Notes: a model not told the origin generated them from the letters alone. 63,552 nucleotides of DNA, filler included, from Gonapodya sp. JEL0774 (GCA_027604505.1; 18 parts of 18 records of this genome joined end to end with filler, not necessarily neighbours in it); one strand, 5' to 3'. Counted from the first letter of the whole stretch, positions 1-11,947 are shown. Program-made: numbers and translations.

Positions 1-965
1 TACACCAAGTCTCCTCGGAACAGCTCGCTGAACAGCTTTGCATATATAACCACCAGCTGTTTCGTAACGTCACCTCCGCTGAGTATCTCGACTTCATTTG
101 GAAGACTGAATACCAAGAAGGAGAAGCCGGTGGCATGAGTCCCGGACTCAATTTTTTTGTTGAGAGGTTCAATAAGGAGAGTCGTTGGGTAGCAACGGAA
201 ATATGCTCGGTGAAGAATGACCGGACGAGGAGAAAACTGCTGAAGAAGTTTATATTGGTTGCCAAGGTGAGATTCGTGGTGCATTGGTCCGTCAAATGAC
301 CAAACGACCGAGCCAACCACTGTTCCTCACTTGTTTTATAATATGGTCGTCTTGTGTTAGCGCTGTGCAGAGTTAAATAACTTCTTCTCTGCTTTTGCAA
401 TCCTTGGGGGTCTCAACCATTCGGCGGTACGGCGCCTAAAACGCACTCTTGACGTGAGTTCGGTCTAGTAGGATTTGTTTTTGGGTAAGATGTCATCATA
501 TGTATTGTGTTTTCTGCCTATTTCATGTCGCAGCTCAGTGACAAGTACACGGGCATGGTCGCTGAACTCGACGCATTATGTGATCCATCACGGAATATGA
601 AGCATTACCGAGATCGCATTGCTTTGTGTAAGCCGCCCACTATTCCCTTCCTTGGTAGGTGCGAACTTGTCTGTATCGTTGAAGATCGCTTCTTCTGACA
701 TTTGACCCTCCATCGTCCAGCTATATTCTTCAAAGACCTTACGTTTCTCAACGATGGAAACAAATCGTATGTTCAGGACCTAATCAATTTCGAAAAGCTA
801 CGGATGATGGCTGCGCGAGTGCAACAGGTACAACAGCTTTGTCTGGTCCAATACCCATTCGTACCCGTCACCGAAGTTCAGAATTACATTGCTTGCCCAC
901 CTATGATATCGGATGAGAAAAAGCTGTTGCGAATGTCGGCTGCGATCGAGCCGTATCAGGAGTAA
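1..965 (+). CDS. RasGEF (CDC25-homology) domain, RapGEF/Epac-like; 5'-truncated, 4 exons
   Basis: Exons <1-266, 361-453, 534-654 and 721-965 with GT-AG introns splice in frame: LAEQLC..ERFNKESRWVATEIC..LKKFILVAK|..LNNFFSAFAILGGL..|..DPSRNMKHYR..PPTIPFL|AIFFKDLTFLNDGN..LINFEKLRMMA. Confidence 0.93.
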
Positions 966-1312
966 AATGAATGATATTTCTCCTCTCCTCAGGGTTTGTA
1001 CAGTCTTTGATTTGCATTCCATTCATTGCATTCATGAATGGTAAACCTGCCAGTACACAATATACTAGTAAGGTATATAGGAATGATATCGAAGGACAAA
1101 GCTCGATGCACATGCAATATCACTTCCCATCGTAAAATTTCCGAGCAAAGATACTCACTTGTCGCCCGGGCCTGTGGTCATCCCTGTGGCGACTGTGATC
1201 GGTGAACCCCAAAAACAGCCTTGGCACTCTCGGTCATTTTTACCTCTCCACCACCACGTGAGCCTGGGTTGCAGGAAGATTTCACTGTCGATTATCTGGC
1301 TCGGTGGAAACA

Positions 1313-3448
1313 ATGGAAGCGGGGACTGCCCCCGTGTTCTGGCAACCAGGCTCCTCTGGTGTAGGAAACAATCTTCATTTTCGATCTCGCAAGGTCATGC
1401 CGTACACTCGCCTCGAGCGGGAGTACCGAGCTGTTCTTGACGAGATTCTTAATAAACCTCGTTGGTGGATTAAGATGAAAGATCCGATTGTTCTTGGGAA
1501 ATGGGAGAAGGAAGCTGGCGACGCACTGGCTGATTTGCATGTATTTCATATGGCCTTCGACACCAACAGCGCAGAGTACCCATGGCATGAAAATTCCGAC
1601 ACAGAAAGTGATGATGATCGACCGCCGTCAGAACCCACGTCAGATTCTCATTCTGAAAGAGCGGATGACGGTGCAGCGATAGAAGACGAGACTGTGAAAC
1701 GCACGGTCAACGGGGCGGTGGCTTTTCTGCGATACCACCTCCAGGAAATTGCCACCCATGGACTCGTCGCTCTTCAACCCATATCCGCTGATGGCCTTGA
1801 AAAGCACGAGTCTTTTGCGTCACCAACCACCGGCCATGGTATCTTTCTCTCCGATGAGCTCGTTCTTCCGGATGCAATTTCGGCCTTCTCGCGTGTGGTT
1901 CTGCCGTTAGAAGCCGAGTCGCTCTTGCGCGGTGACTGGCACCCCGGCACAACAGGGGTCTTAGATATTGTTCACCCTTCGATGTACTGTCTCGTCTACG
2001 GCCACACTCTCACCTCGGCCGCTCCAAACGCTTTGGCAGGAGACATCCCAACAATTTCAGTTGGAAGTAAATCTTCCGAGCTTTCGGATATTTCTCGCCG
2101 GTTTCAATGGCTTCCCACTGATGTAACCGTGGACACTCACGGACGGGCAACCATCACCAGCTACATCAACAATCTCGACAGACACGCTCATCCACGCGTA
2201 TATGGCGCAATGAGGGCCGTATTTGAGGGAATGGTGCCCATGTTTGAACGGGCGGTTGAAGCTCTTGAAACAGCACCCAAGAGATTGATTGGTGAGTGAA
2301 ACGGTTCTCGTTTCAACCCACTGGTTCGCCATTCCTCATTTAACAAAATTAAGACGCATCACTCTCATCCGATGACCTCTTAGAGTCTCTTGAAGAGTGG
2401 CAGGTGAGTGTGGAAACATTATCAACTAAACTCTCCTACACTGAAATGATGTCTGACTCGATAGCGGAGGAACTGGTTGGAAGAGAAGTACGGTTCCGTG
2501 GAAGCATCTCCCCCAAACCTTCGTGAATCAACTCAATGGGACTGGCCTGACGACGTGCTGACCGAGTTTGAGAAGTACTGTGATATGTACAAGGGCGAAA
2601 TAGACAGAACTCTGCACGCGCCGGACTTACCGGAGCCAAACACTGTGGACTTCTCATACCTGGACTCAAGCCATAAGGTGAACCTGAAGGGACGAACCTT
2701 GCAAGTTATTTTCAAGTTGGCGACGATATGTCTTACCCCCGAAAACCCCGAATATGATGGCGGAAACTGGCATCTTGAAGGTACACCAATCCATTTCATT
2801 TATGTCATTTAGTGCATGTAACCTGATGGTGCTCCCCAAGGAACTGAGAATGAGGCCATCGCAGCCACTGGATTGTTCTACTACGCCGTTGAGAATATCA
2901 CACCATCACGGCTGACATTCCGTCAGGTTTATGATGCATGGGAGTTTGGATATGAACAGTCTGATTATGGTGGTGTGTTTTGGTTTGATCGGGGTGCGGT
3001 GTCGTGCGACTTCTGACGTGCCATGAATCGGTTTCCAAGGTCTCGAGCAGGTTTATGGCTTCCACAACGATCACTCCAGTAACGTTCAGCTATCAAGTCA
3101 AGTCGAAGCACGAACCGGACGTTGCGTTGTGTTTCCCAACTTTCTACAACACCGAGTGGAGCCTTTTCAACTCAAGGATCGTTCCAAACCTGGGTACCGT
3201 CGTGTATTGGCGATGTTTCTTGTTCACCCAGACAACCGCATCGCATCGACGAGCTTTGTACCACCACAGCAGGCCGAGATTATAAAGGGTTCGCTGAGGG
3301 CCACCCTGGGATCGAAAGTACCCGATCTGGTCCTCAGAACGCTGACCCCGTATTTCGCCACGAGTAGATCTGAAGCAAAACGGTACGCAGAGGAGCTGTC
3401 AAGAGAGAGGAGTGAGACTGAGAAAGGAGGTTTTGCCAACATATACAA
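1313..3448 (+). CDS. DUF4246 family protein (putative 2OG-Fe(II) oxygenase-like fold), multi-exon, runs to contig end
   Basis: Family motifs in order across exons: DWHPG, VLDIVHPSMY, FQWLP, SYINNL, LQVIFKLA..LTPENPEYDGGNWHLEG|TENEAI, FPNFLQHRVEPF. Confidence 0.85.
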
Positions 3449-3548
3449 NNNNNNNNNNNNNNNNNNNNNNNNNNNNNNNNNNNNNNNNNNNNTTAATTAA
3501 TTAANNNNNNNNNNNNNNNNNNNNNNNNNNNNNNNNNNNNNNNNNNNN
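3449..3548. other. Artificial contig-joining linker (44 N + TTAATTAATTAA + 44 N), first of 17
   Basis: Identical 100-bp blocks also at 6995-7094, 10537-10636, 14079-14178, 17620-17719, 21161-21260, 24701-24800, 28241-28340, 31781-31880, 35321-35420, 38856-38955, 42388-42487, 45918-46017, 49447-49546, 52976-53075, 56505-56604 and 60030-60129. The 12-mer gives stops in all six frames, and the intervening segments are sorted by decreasing length. Confidence 0.99.
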
Positions 3549-4629
3549 CGAGGAGGGTGATTGCCGCGAAGTGTGTGTGAGGTGCGGAAAGGTGGACTGG
3601 GACTGGGACTGTGACGGGGACCGACTTACCTGCGACGCTCGAGACGTTGATGACACGGGCTGGGAAGTGGGGATGACGGGTGGTACGGGATAATGTGTTG
3701 GTGGATGTCGGAACAAAGAGCATACAAGGACCATGACAAGACGCACCCGGATCGATGTTCCCGTTCGCCCCAGCCTCGAGAAGCGGGAGGCACGCGACGG
3801 TGAGGTAAAAGATGCTCTTGACGTTGAGTGCGAAGAGGTTGTCCCAGGCTGGTGGGAGTATGTAGGTTCGGTCGGTGGGCGTGGGTGGGTGAATTTGGAT
3901 AGAACGAAGACCGTTCCGATGATTGCATGTGGGTGGGGTGTTGACACGCACCTTGCTTCTCGGGGTACTCTTCCAAGGGGGCGCCCCAAGAGACGCCGGC
4001 GTTGTTGACCTGATCGACAACGAGAATCGTACTGAGATAGGCGAGCACACAACGAAATAGTCAAACGAGAACCGACCAGGATGTGGAGCTTCGGTTCCCG
4101 CTTTTTGATCTCTCCGGCAAGGGCGTCACACTTGAGACAAAAAAAAACAAGCATCAATGAGCTCTCAGAATGCGTCTCTTTGGCGTCGCTAAGATGTGGG
4201 TGCCACTCACGGCTGCCTTTGTGGTGAGGTCAGCGACGAGAGGGATGCATTTGCCCGGCCCCATTGCGTTGAGCTCGGCTGCGGTCTCTTCAATGACCTG
4301 CTTCTTGCGCGACGCGATGTATACTTGAAACGGGTGAGAGTGCAGAGTGGGTGGGTGGAGAAATTTGGTGCCGACAACCGATGGCAATTCTGTATGGGGA
4401 CCCACCCTTTGCGCCGTTCTGGATGTAGGCGGCGGCAAGCATCTTCCCAATGCCAGTGCCGGCGCCAGTGACAAGGACGACCTTGTCCTTGACTTTAGAA
4501 GAAAAGCGAGCGGGATCGGAACGTGGGAAAGATCAAGACAGAGTTGGCATGGATGGTGGATAAAGTTGACTGATTGGAGTAGAAAATACCGTTGACGATT
4601 GAATCGATGGACAAATCCGGTGCAGACAT
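3549..4629 (-). CDS. Short-chain dehydrogenase/reductase (classical SDR), 3'-truncated
   Basis: MSAPDLSIDSIVN|..KVVLVTGAGTGIGK (TGxxxGIG), VYIASRK, VNNAGVSWGAP, WDNLFALNVKSIFYLT and RVINVSSVAG, spread over short exons. Confidence 0.9.
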
Positions 4630-4982
4630 CGGACGGGGGGAGTGCGTGGGTGGAAGAGGGGGGAGACCTGGGTGGACTGAGGGTGATGAACTGGCTTCTT
4701 CCGAACAAACACGCCCGATGCCCGACAACGAAACCCAGTCATGGAAACAATACATCAATCAAGATATGCATTTCCTCCAATTTACTCAAATTCAAGTTAG
4801 TTCCGCCACTCAGGAGGTCCCCCAGTAGTGATATAGTCCGCCTTCTCATACTTAATCTCTGCCGTCTTTTTTCGTATTTGAGCAAGTCTAAGAGGCGCTC
4901 CAGAGCTGACCCGACTCTGTATTCGGCTCTCAACCAGGTGGGATGTTTGTGGTTTTGTGCCGTTGACAGTTCAACACCCACT

Positions 4983-6994
4983 ATGTACTCATATGTGGCC
5001 AGCCCAAGTCCACGAGAACGAACGCAGACTCGACAACCGAATTCGATGCCGCTTCCGTCAACTTCTCATTTGGCATCAAATGCATCGTTGCTGGGCTCCC
5101 AAAGACTCGCAGGCGGTGGAATCCCAGCGTCGCCGCCCAGACTCGACGACGAAGACGACCTCTATTCGTTCGCACCTGCCGTCGTGAGCGTTCCCCTTCT
5201 CTTTTTTGGGAGACAGATTGTGCAGAACAAAATGAATTGATCGAAAATATAAATGTCATGCCATTACACCCCCTCTGGTCGTCACCAGGTGACAGACTCG
5301 TTCGACCGCACAGCGTTTCGAACCGCCGGAGGACGCACACAAGCCGGTCGTGGTCCCCTGACCGCCCGCCTCCCCACCTCCTACGGCGGTGGAGCTCGCC
5401 CCGTCACATCGAACCGTGGAGCCGGATACACCAGTAAATCCCGCGCCGGACACAACGGTCTGGCCTCCTTCGCCCTCGCCTCCAACGCTCGCGATGCCGC
5501 GGCCGCTCACTCGACTTACTTACCCGTCGACGGTTTCGGCGCCGAAATGTCCCCCGAAGATCTCATCCGCGTTGCTGAAAAGGCCGTGTCCTCCTTGCTC
5601 GACGAATCCGTCTCCGCCGCGGCAGACGGGGACCTCCGCCTGGCCCTCGAAAAGTGCAAAGAAGCATCTCGTCGCGAAAAGGCCTCCGCACAACAACGCC
5701 AGCGCGCGGGCATCACCGAACCGAACTTGGACTTGACCTACTGCGTCCAGCTCACCCTCGCGGGGCACTACCACCAGCTCGGAATGTACCACGAGGCCCT
5801 CCAGGCCTATTCGGTCATCGTAAAGAACAAGGCGTTCAACCAAAGTGGCCGGTTGCGCGTCAATATGGGCAACTGCTACTTTGAGCAGGGGAATTACCCG
5901 CAGGCCATCAAGATGTACAGGATGGCGCTCGACGGGATCCCCAACGCGAATAAAACCATACGGTACGCAGGGCACGATATTCTCTCCATACTCAATCGAA
6001 TAAACGGTCTCGTGATGGAGGTCTTATGACATCTACTCGAATGAAACATCGTTTGACCCCCTTTTCATCACTCCTCCACGCACGTCACCCGCTCAACCCT
6101 CCCCTTCCCTCCCAGGCTCAAAATCATCAAAAACATCGGCATAGCATTTACGAAACTCGGTAAATACGCCGACGCCCTCACATCCTTCGAGACCGTCGTG
6201 GACCAATCACCGGACGCGCAGTCTGGTACGTCATAATCCATCCTCCTTTCTCCCCCCAAACCCAAACCCAAACCCAAATCCATATCCATAACCCATACCT
6301 CCCCCACCTACCCCCCCTTCCCCCCAGCCTTCAACCTCCTCCTCTGCTGCTTCGCCCTCGGCGACCGTGACCGCCTTCGCACCGCGTTCGTCCAGCTGGT
6401 GGGCGTGCCGCCGCCGCAGGTGGAGCCCGAGGACCTGGCGGGGGCGGTGGCGATGGGAGGGCACGCGGCTGGCGCGGCGGAGGGGGAGGGGCAGGTGGGA
6501 GGGGAGGACTTGTTGAGGAGGGTGGGGAGGGAGAAGTGGGTTGGTTGGGGGTGACCGCAGCGGAGGTGGGCGGTGCGACTCATGTGACGGACCACTCCCC
6601 ACCTCCCCACCCCCCCGAAGACACACCTCCCTCACCCACTCCATACTCCTCGCGGCCCGTCTCATCGCCCCCCTGGTGGCGCCCACGGTGGACCAAGGGT
6701 ACGACTGGTGCGCCGAGACGGTCAGAGCGTCGCCGCACGCGGAGATGGAGGGACAGGTGTTGCTGGCCAAAGCGGTGCAGTATATGAAGACGAGGGAGTT
6801 TGGCAAGGTGGGGTGGGTGGGTGGGGGTAGGCGGGCCAGGGCATTCGTGCGGTTGTTTTTGGTGGTCCCCTTGTTACGCATGTTCCCCTCACCCTCGCTC
6901 GTTCCCCACCCCCCACGAACCCCCCCTCCAGGCCGTCACGTGCCTCAAGTCCCTGTCCCGGGCGGACCTCCCACTCGCCGGCGCCGCCGCGACC
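4983..6994 (+). CDS. IFT88: Intraflagellar transport protein 88 (TPR protein), 3'-truncated
   Basis: DDEDDLYSF near the N-terminus. NLDLTYCVQLTLA..YHEALQAYSVIVKNKAFNQSGRLRVNMGNCYFEQGNYPQAIKMYRMALD closely follows the IFT88/Polaris consensus. Later exons read NIGIAFTKLGKY and AARLIAP..GYDWC..LLAKAVQYMK. Confidence 0.95.
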
Positions 6995-7425
6995 NNNNNN
7001 NNNNNNNNNNNNNNNNNNNNNNNNNNNNNNNNNNNNNNTTAATTAATTAANNNNNNNNNNNNNNNNNNNNNNNNNNNNNNNNNNNNNNNNNNNNTAATGA
7101 TTGGGAAACGTGGAGATTCGCGGCCCGCATTGCTGTGCTCACGTATCATGCATTTTTCCAAAGAAGCATTTTTAGATCATAGGTGGAAGGTTGCATCCGG
7201 TAAAGGTGCCATGCCGAATAAAAACATCGCGGCTCGGCTCATCCATTTCTACCCGGTGACCCCTGCACATCGATCCCGCGTCAGTCAGTGCCTGTCACAA
7301 CAATGCCATAACAAGACTTTAATATTGAAAGCAAAGAGAGCCATGTTCGCAATACACGAATGAGAACTCATAATTGGTGTGATTTGGATCGTGTACAAAT
7401 CCAAAACTACGAACACTAAGATAGT

Positions 7426-9256
7426 TCACATTCTTCGCGCTCGAATACCTTCAATTTCTCGGCGCACTCCGTTGAAATCCATCGGATCTAGTTGTCCGAA
7501 TATCTCAGCCACCCAACCGATTGCCCAGCCCCACGCTCTCCGCTTCCGGTACACGGCAATACCCATGTCGACGCAAAGCTGGTCTACATACTGCTGATAT
7601 ACTGCACTTGTCAGGGCTCTGTATGAATCATTCGGCAAGTGAAGACGTTTCCAGTCTCGATCTGATCCAAGCGATGCGTGAATGGCATCATAATCAGGAA
7701 GTTGCAGAGTCCCCCGAAGGTGAGCAAGAAGCCAATGGGTGCCTGAGGGAGAAGCCATTCATTTAATTAGCGGAATCTGTGAGAAGGATCATGACTCACC
7801 AAGTTCCACAGTCACGAAGTGCATGTAGGACGAGTTAAATCCTGCGAATGCCAGCCGAGGCACATCTGGGTGTATGATTCCTCGATACAAATGCACGCCA
7901 TCTTGCTCCAAAAGAAGTCTCTTTACGCTTTCCGGAAGAAAGTCCACATCCAACTGTGATCCAGTTGCGAAGATAAGAACATCAGCGTCCGGAATAGTTT
8001 CACCATTAGAGAGATTTAGCGTCGAGGGCTCAGAGATTGAGGATAAAGACGCTGGAATGTGAAATGATATGGAATTGGAATGAACAAGGCGGTGATATGT
8101 TGGGGTAACTACGCCGATGGAGTAGGTCAGTGCATCTGTAATTCTGAGCAATCAAGAATAGACGTCATGAAACAGCGGAAATTCTGTTGCAACCCACTGA
8201 TTATACTCACGGATACTTTGGAAAGAGTGGACTACCTTTCTTCAATCCGTGAATGAACGCGAACAACTTCTCTATCCCAATCCAGAAAGCCTTTGGCACA
8301 CGGGCTGCTCCCTGATGTAGCCATTTCTCCCATGATCCGGTATGTGTCCACGCTGGTACCATGCTGCTTACTGCTCTCGTCATGACGACATGTGAAATAT
8401 GAATGGGTCCGATTCTGTAAGGTAGCATCCAACGAGCCCGACGAGCAATCTGATGAATACCACGAGCACCAGAGGCAGAGGCAAGTTCCACAAGGTCCAT
8501 TGCACTCTTGCCCATACCAAGAATCGCTACGTTTTTGGATTGAAAGAGAGATCTAAAATCGGAAGTTGTGAACCGGGAAAGATCTGTGCTGTGGAAGATC
8601 TTGCCACGAAATGAGGAAGCGCCAGCTATAGGCGGAGACTAAGAATGTTTAAAAAGTTAGCAATGGATACTTCATTTTCTGAGTATCTTTTCCGCAGTAC
8701 TCACGAGAGGTTTCCCGCCATACCCCACTGCCACAACAACAAACTCGAACTCTTCCTCAGAAATGTGTATGCTCCTTCCATTGTCGTCTTCAGCCGCAAT
8801 TGTCACTGACCAAAGAGGGTTGTCGCCTGATTGATAACGCATGGCCCTTGGTTTCGTTTTGTATCGAATGGCGAGATCATGGTGCTTCGCGTATGCTCTG
8901 AAATATGCTCGCAGCTGATCGCGGCTAGGAAACTGATCGAATTCAATGTCTTTGGGGACTGGAAAGTCCGCGAATCGGTATTGTTCGCCCGAACTAGATT
9001 GGGAAGAGCGATATGGCGACAAGTGTTCTGGGGCTCACATCGTATTAGTGATCACCCACTTTTGAACACGAGCAGTCTGATATGCAGCGTCCCAAACACC
9101 ACCGATATCGCCACGCGCTTCAATGATAGAGACTGTCCATCCGTCTTCTTTGAAGTGTCTGGCAGAAATCAATCCCGACGATCCAGCTCCGATCACCAGC
9201 ACCCTTCCTGGATTGACAGGGCATGAAAAGGGAGGAAGAGATTCTAACGAGGACAT
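7426..9256 (-). CDS. Flavin-containing monooxygenase (class B FMO)
   Basis: VLVIGAGSSG (FAD site), EARGDIGGVW, FRGKIFHSTDL (FMO fingerprint variant), VAILGMGKSAMD (NADPH site), DVLIFATG and LYRGIIHP; several GT-AG introns. Confidence 0.92.
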
Positions 9257-9709
9257 GAACGTCAGCGATGGGCGCCTGAGAGGGGCGGGTGTGCTCAGAG
9301 GGGAAATTCCAGCACTTCGACCTAAACAAAATACGTGAGCTGAACAGTTCTTCGGGGATGCACCCCATTCCACGATCTTGTAAATAAATGTCTATATTGA
9401 AATATGCGTCCCATCTTTGATTATGATGGACCGCCAGTCGTGCGAACCCCCTAGTGAGCGTCCGGGAACTATCCAAACTAAGCACATAAAGGGCCAATCA
9501 TTTTCTCGTAGTAGTTCTAGGTCCCGATATGTTTCCAAAACCATGGTATTGACATAACAGGTGGGTAAAAGCTGAAAAAGCAAGTGTCGAAACCGTCTGC
9601 CAGAGTATTTACAACTAGGTATGCTAACTCGAACACCTGATGTTCGCAGATAACACACGCTCTCCATCACCAGAGTGAACCAAAACGACTCAGATCCCCT
9701 CTCAGTGCT

Positions 9710-10536
9710 TTATCCTGATCCGTCTTCACTCCCACCAGTTGCCGCCCTCCCCATTCCAAGCCATCGTCTCGATGATCCCCCTGCCAGCATATCACCAGGG
9801 CCACCACCCGAAGGTCCTCCTGAAGGAACTTTAGCGTGCTGTCCTCCCTCCCCCTCCTTCCATTGTGGCATTGCAAAACTCGTGGCTTCTTTCAACTCCC
9901 TACCAGACCCCGTTGCACCCGCGCCCTTGGTGTCCACTATCCCCACGACTGGCTCGGTCCATGCAGCAGTCGGGAACACTCCTGCCATCCACGGATGCTG
10001 ACGCACACCAGCCAGCGTAATGCGTTTCTTTGGATTGGGCTGCAGTAAGTTGCGCACCAAGTCTTTGGCCAGTGGATTCACCACAGGAATCTGCCCCGAA
10101 TCTGCTGCTGTAAGGATCGCTCCGTCCGATAGTGTTCGCGTATGAGCTGGAGTTGAAACGGGACGGTGAAGTTCGTCAGGGAAGTGGAAATCTGCACGGC
10201 AGATCTTTGAATAGAGGGCTTTCGGCCGGGAATTTGGTGGAAGGGAGAACGGGAGGTTCGAAGTGAGCAAAGCGAACCTGTTAGATAATGAGATGCCAGT
10301 TGTAAGTTTGAATATGAAATATCAAATCATGTGGAAGCTCACAGGACCACTCCTACGGCCCAGACATCCACCCCGGCCGGCTCATACCGTTCCCCCATGA
10401 CCATCTCCGGTGCGGCATACTCTTCGCTTCCACACCGTGTCGCGAGCAATTCACCAGGTAAAAATGTCCGCGCCAGGCCGAAATCCGCCAACTTTATGTG
10501 CAACTCTGGTGTCAATAGAAGTGACGCAGACGCTGG
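9710..10536 (-). CDS. Ser/Thr protein kinase C-lobe (CAMK group, AMPK/MARK-like), 5'-truncated
   Basis: IKLADFGLAR..TRCGSEEYAAPE..VDVWAVGVVL|FALLTSNLPF..AKDLVRNLLQPNPKKRIT..HPW. Confidence 0.9.
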
Positions 10537-10783
10537 NNNNNNNNNNNNNNNNNNNNNNNNNNNNNNNNNNNNNNNNNNNNTTAATTAATTAANNNNNNNN
10601 NNNNNNNNNNNNNNNNNNNNNNNNNNNNNNNNNNNNATGCACGTAACGCGAGTACCCCCAAATCAGTACAGAGCCAGCGGTTCTTAGCACAGTGAGCCCT
10701 GGGTTGGAGTTTTGACTGCACTCACCCTGGAAAGAGAACACGCTTACTGGCATTCCTTAACCTTTCCATGCGAATGGTCTGCG

Positions 10784-10981
10784 TGGGTTGTTGTGTTCCC
10801 CTGTACAAACAGTGAGTGCTTGTGGTTGGTTGATTGAAAGTGCCACAGGCCACATGTTTGCATGATAATGGGGATACCTGTATGGGTTTACTCTGCCATT
10901 ATGTGATCATGATTCCTTGCTAATGGTGTACAGATCAAAAGTGACACAGGCCCTGGGCTTTGCAGGGGAACCAAGTCAGAC
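10784..10981 (+). mobile_element. Possible degenerate Ty1/Copia protease relic in a CpG-free patch
   Basis: About 200 bp with no CpG. The broken reading WLVD*/SATGHM (10823-10856) followed about 20 codons later by LANG (10916-10927) resembles Copia WxxDSGATxHM...LANG. Stops and frameshifts are present, so the evidence is weak. Confidence 0.3.
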
Positions 10982-11410
10982 CGCAACGTACAGATTCTGT
11001 GCTGAAAGAAGGAGCTGCCTCATTTATTGAAAGTGGATATAAAAACTACATGCCTACTCTAAAAGCTGTGCCTGTAAACATGTGTGCACGTGCGGCTCCC
11101 CCTTGCACTGCCGTCCTCGCCTCACACTGCTCAGACCACGATGCCCCAACAACCGCCCAGACCCCTCCCTCCTCCCTCGCACTCTCTCTACTCAACGAGC
11201 TTGAATCGCTAGTCGCAAGCGTGTTATTAGTAGCGCCATTCTAAATCGAGTTTTTTCATTTTCTCCACTCTTGCCCTACTCTCCTAAAAGGACAGGAGCA
11301 GGACGAGCGGAGTAAGCCCTTACAGTGCTTTGAATTAAATGTTTCTTCGTTTTTACATTCGTCTGAAAAGCAATACATATGTACACGGAAATTTCTGCTG
11401 CAAACCTTCG

Positions 11411-11947
11411 TCACCGGAAATCACCGTCTGCGTCAATGTCCTGCTCCTGCTCCCGCATAGTTTCCCTCATCTCCCACTCCCACTTCCGATGCCGCCACTT
11501 GATCTTCCTCGCGCGCTCGGGGATACACCAGCGGCAGTCGGGCCCGCAGTTGGGATTCCCGCCACCCGTGCGAGTTTTGTTGCTGCGAACGCCGAACCGG
11601 AGACGGCCGAATGCGCGGGCGTTGGGGCGCGTCGTGAAGTCGGTGTCGGTCCAGTTGTGCAGTGTGTGATCGATGGCGGGATGGGGGTTGGCTGGAGAGT
11701 GGGTGGATCGTTCCGCGGAGCCAGCCGCAGACGCAGACGGGGAAGGGATAGAGCAAAGTTCAGAGTCCGGATTGACATGTACCGCGTTCCCATCACGTGG
11801 AATATCCGCCTCCGTTGTGGGATGGCTGCTGCCATCAACTGTGACAGTGGAGGAGGACGCGTCCGCCACGACAGAGAGAGCACCCGAAATCGCCGAGTCC
11901 AGGCTCAGGACGTCGAAATCATCCGCAATATCCTCCCACTCGTCCAT
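11411..11947 (-). CDS. Hypothetical protein (about 178 aa; acidic N-terminus, CxxxCxxC motif, Trp/charged C-terminus)
   Basis: Open frame from MDEWEDIADDFDVL to DGDFR*, with protein-like composition; no family recognised. Confidence 0.5.
   Translation of the reverse strand: MDEWEDIADDFDVLSLDSAISGALSVVADASSSTVTVDGSSHPTTEADIPRDGNAVHVNPDSELCSIPSPSASAAGSAERSTHSPANPHPAIDHTLHNWTDTDFTTRPNARAFGRLRFGVRSNKTRTGGGNPNCGPDCRWCIPERARKIKWRHRKWEWEMRETMREQEQDIDADGDFR

Noticed and set aside
4962..4975. GTTGACAGTTCAAC, an RFX X-box-like palindrome upstream of IFT88
   Set aside because: Only 10 of 14 positions match GTTGCCATGGCAAC, it lies a few bases from the ATG, and a single weak instance is expected by chance.
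6255..6281. (CCCAAA)n run resembling a telomeric repeat
   Set aside because: About four copies inside an IFT88 intron; part of the local C-rich skew, not a chromosome end.
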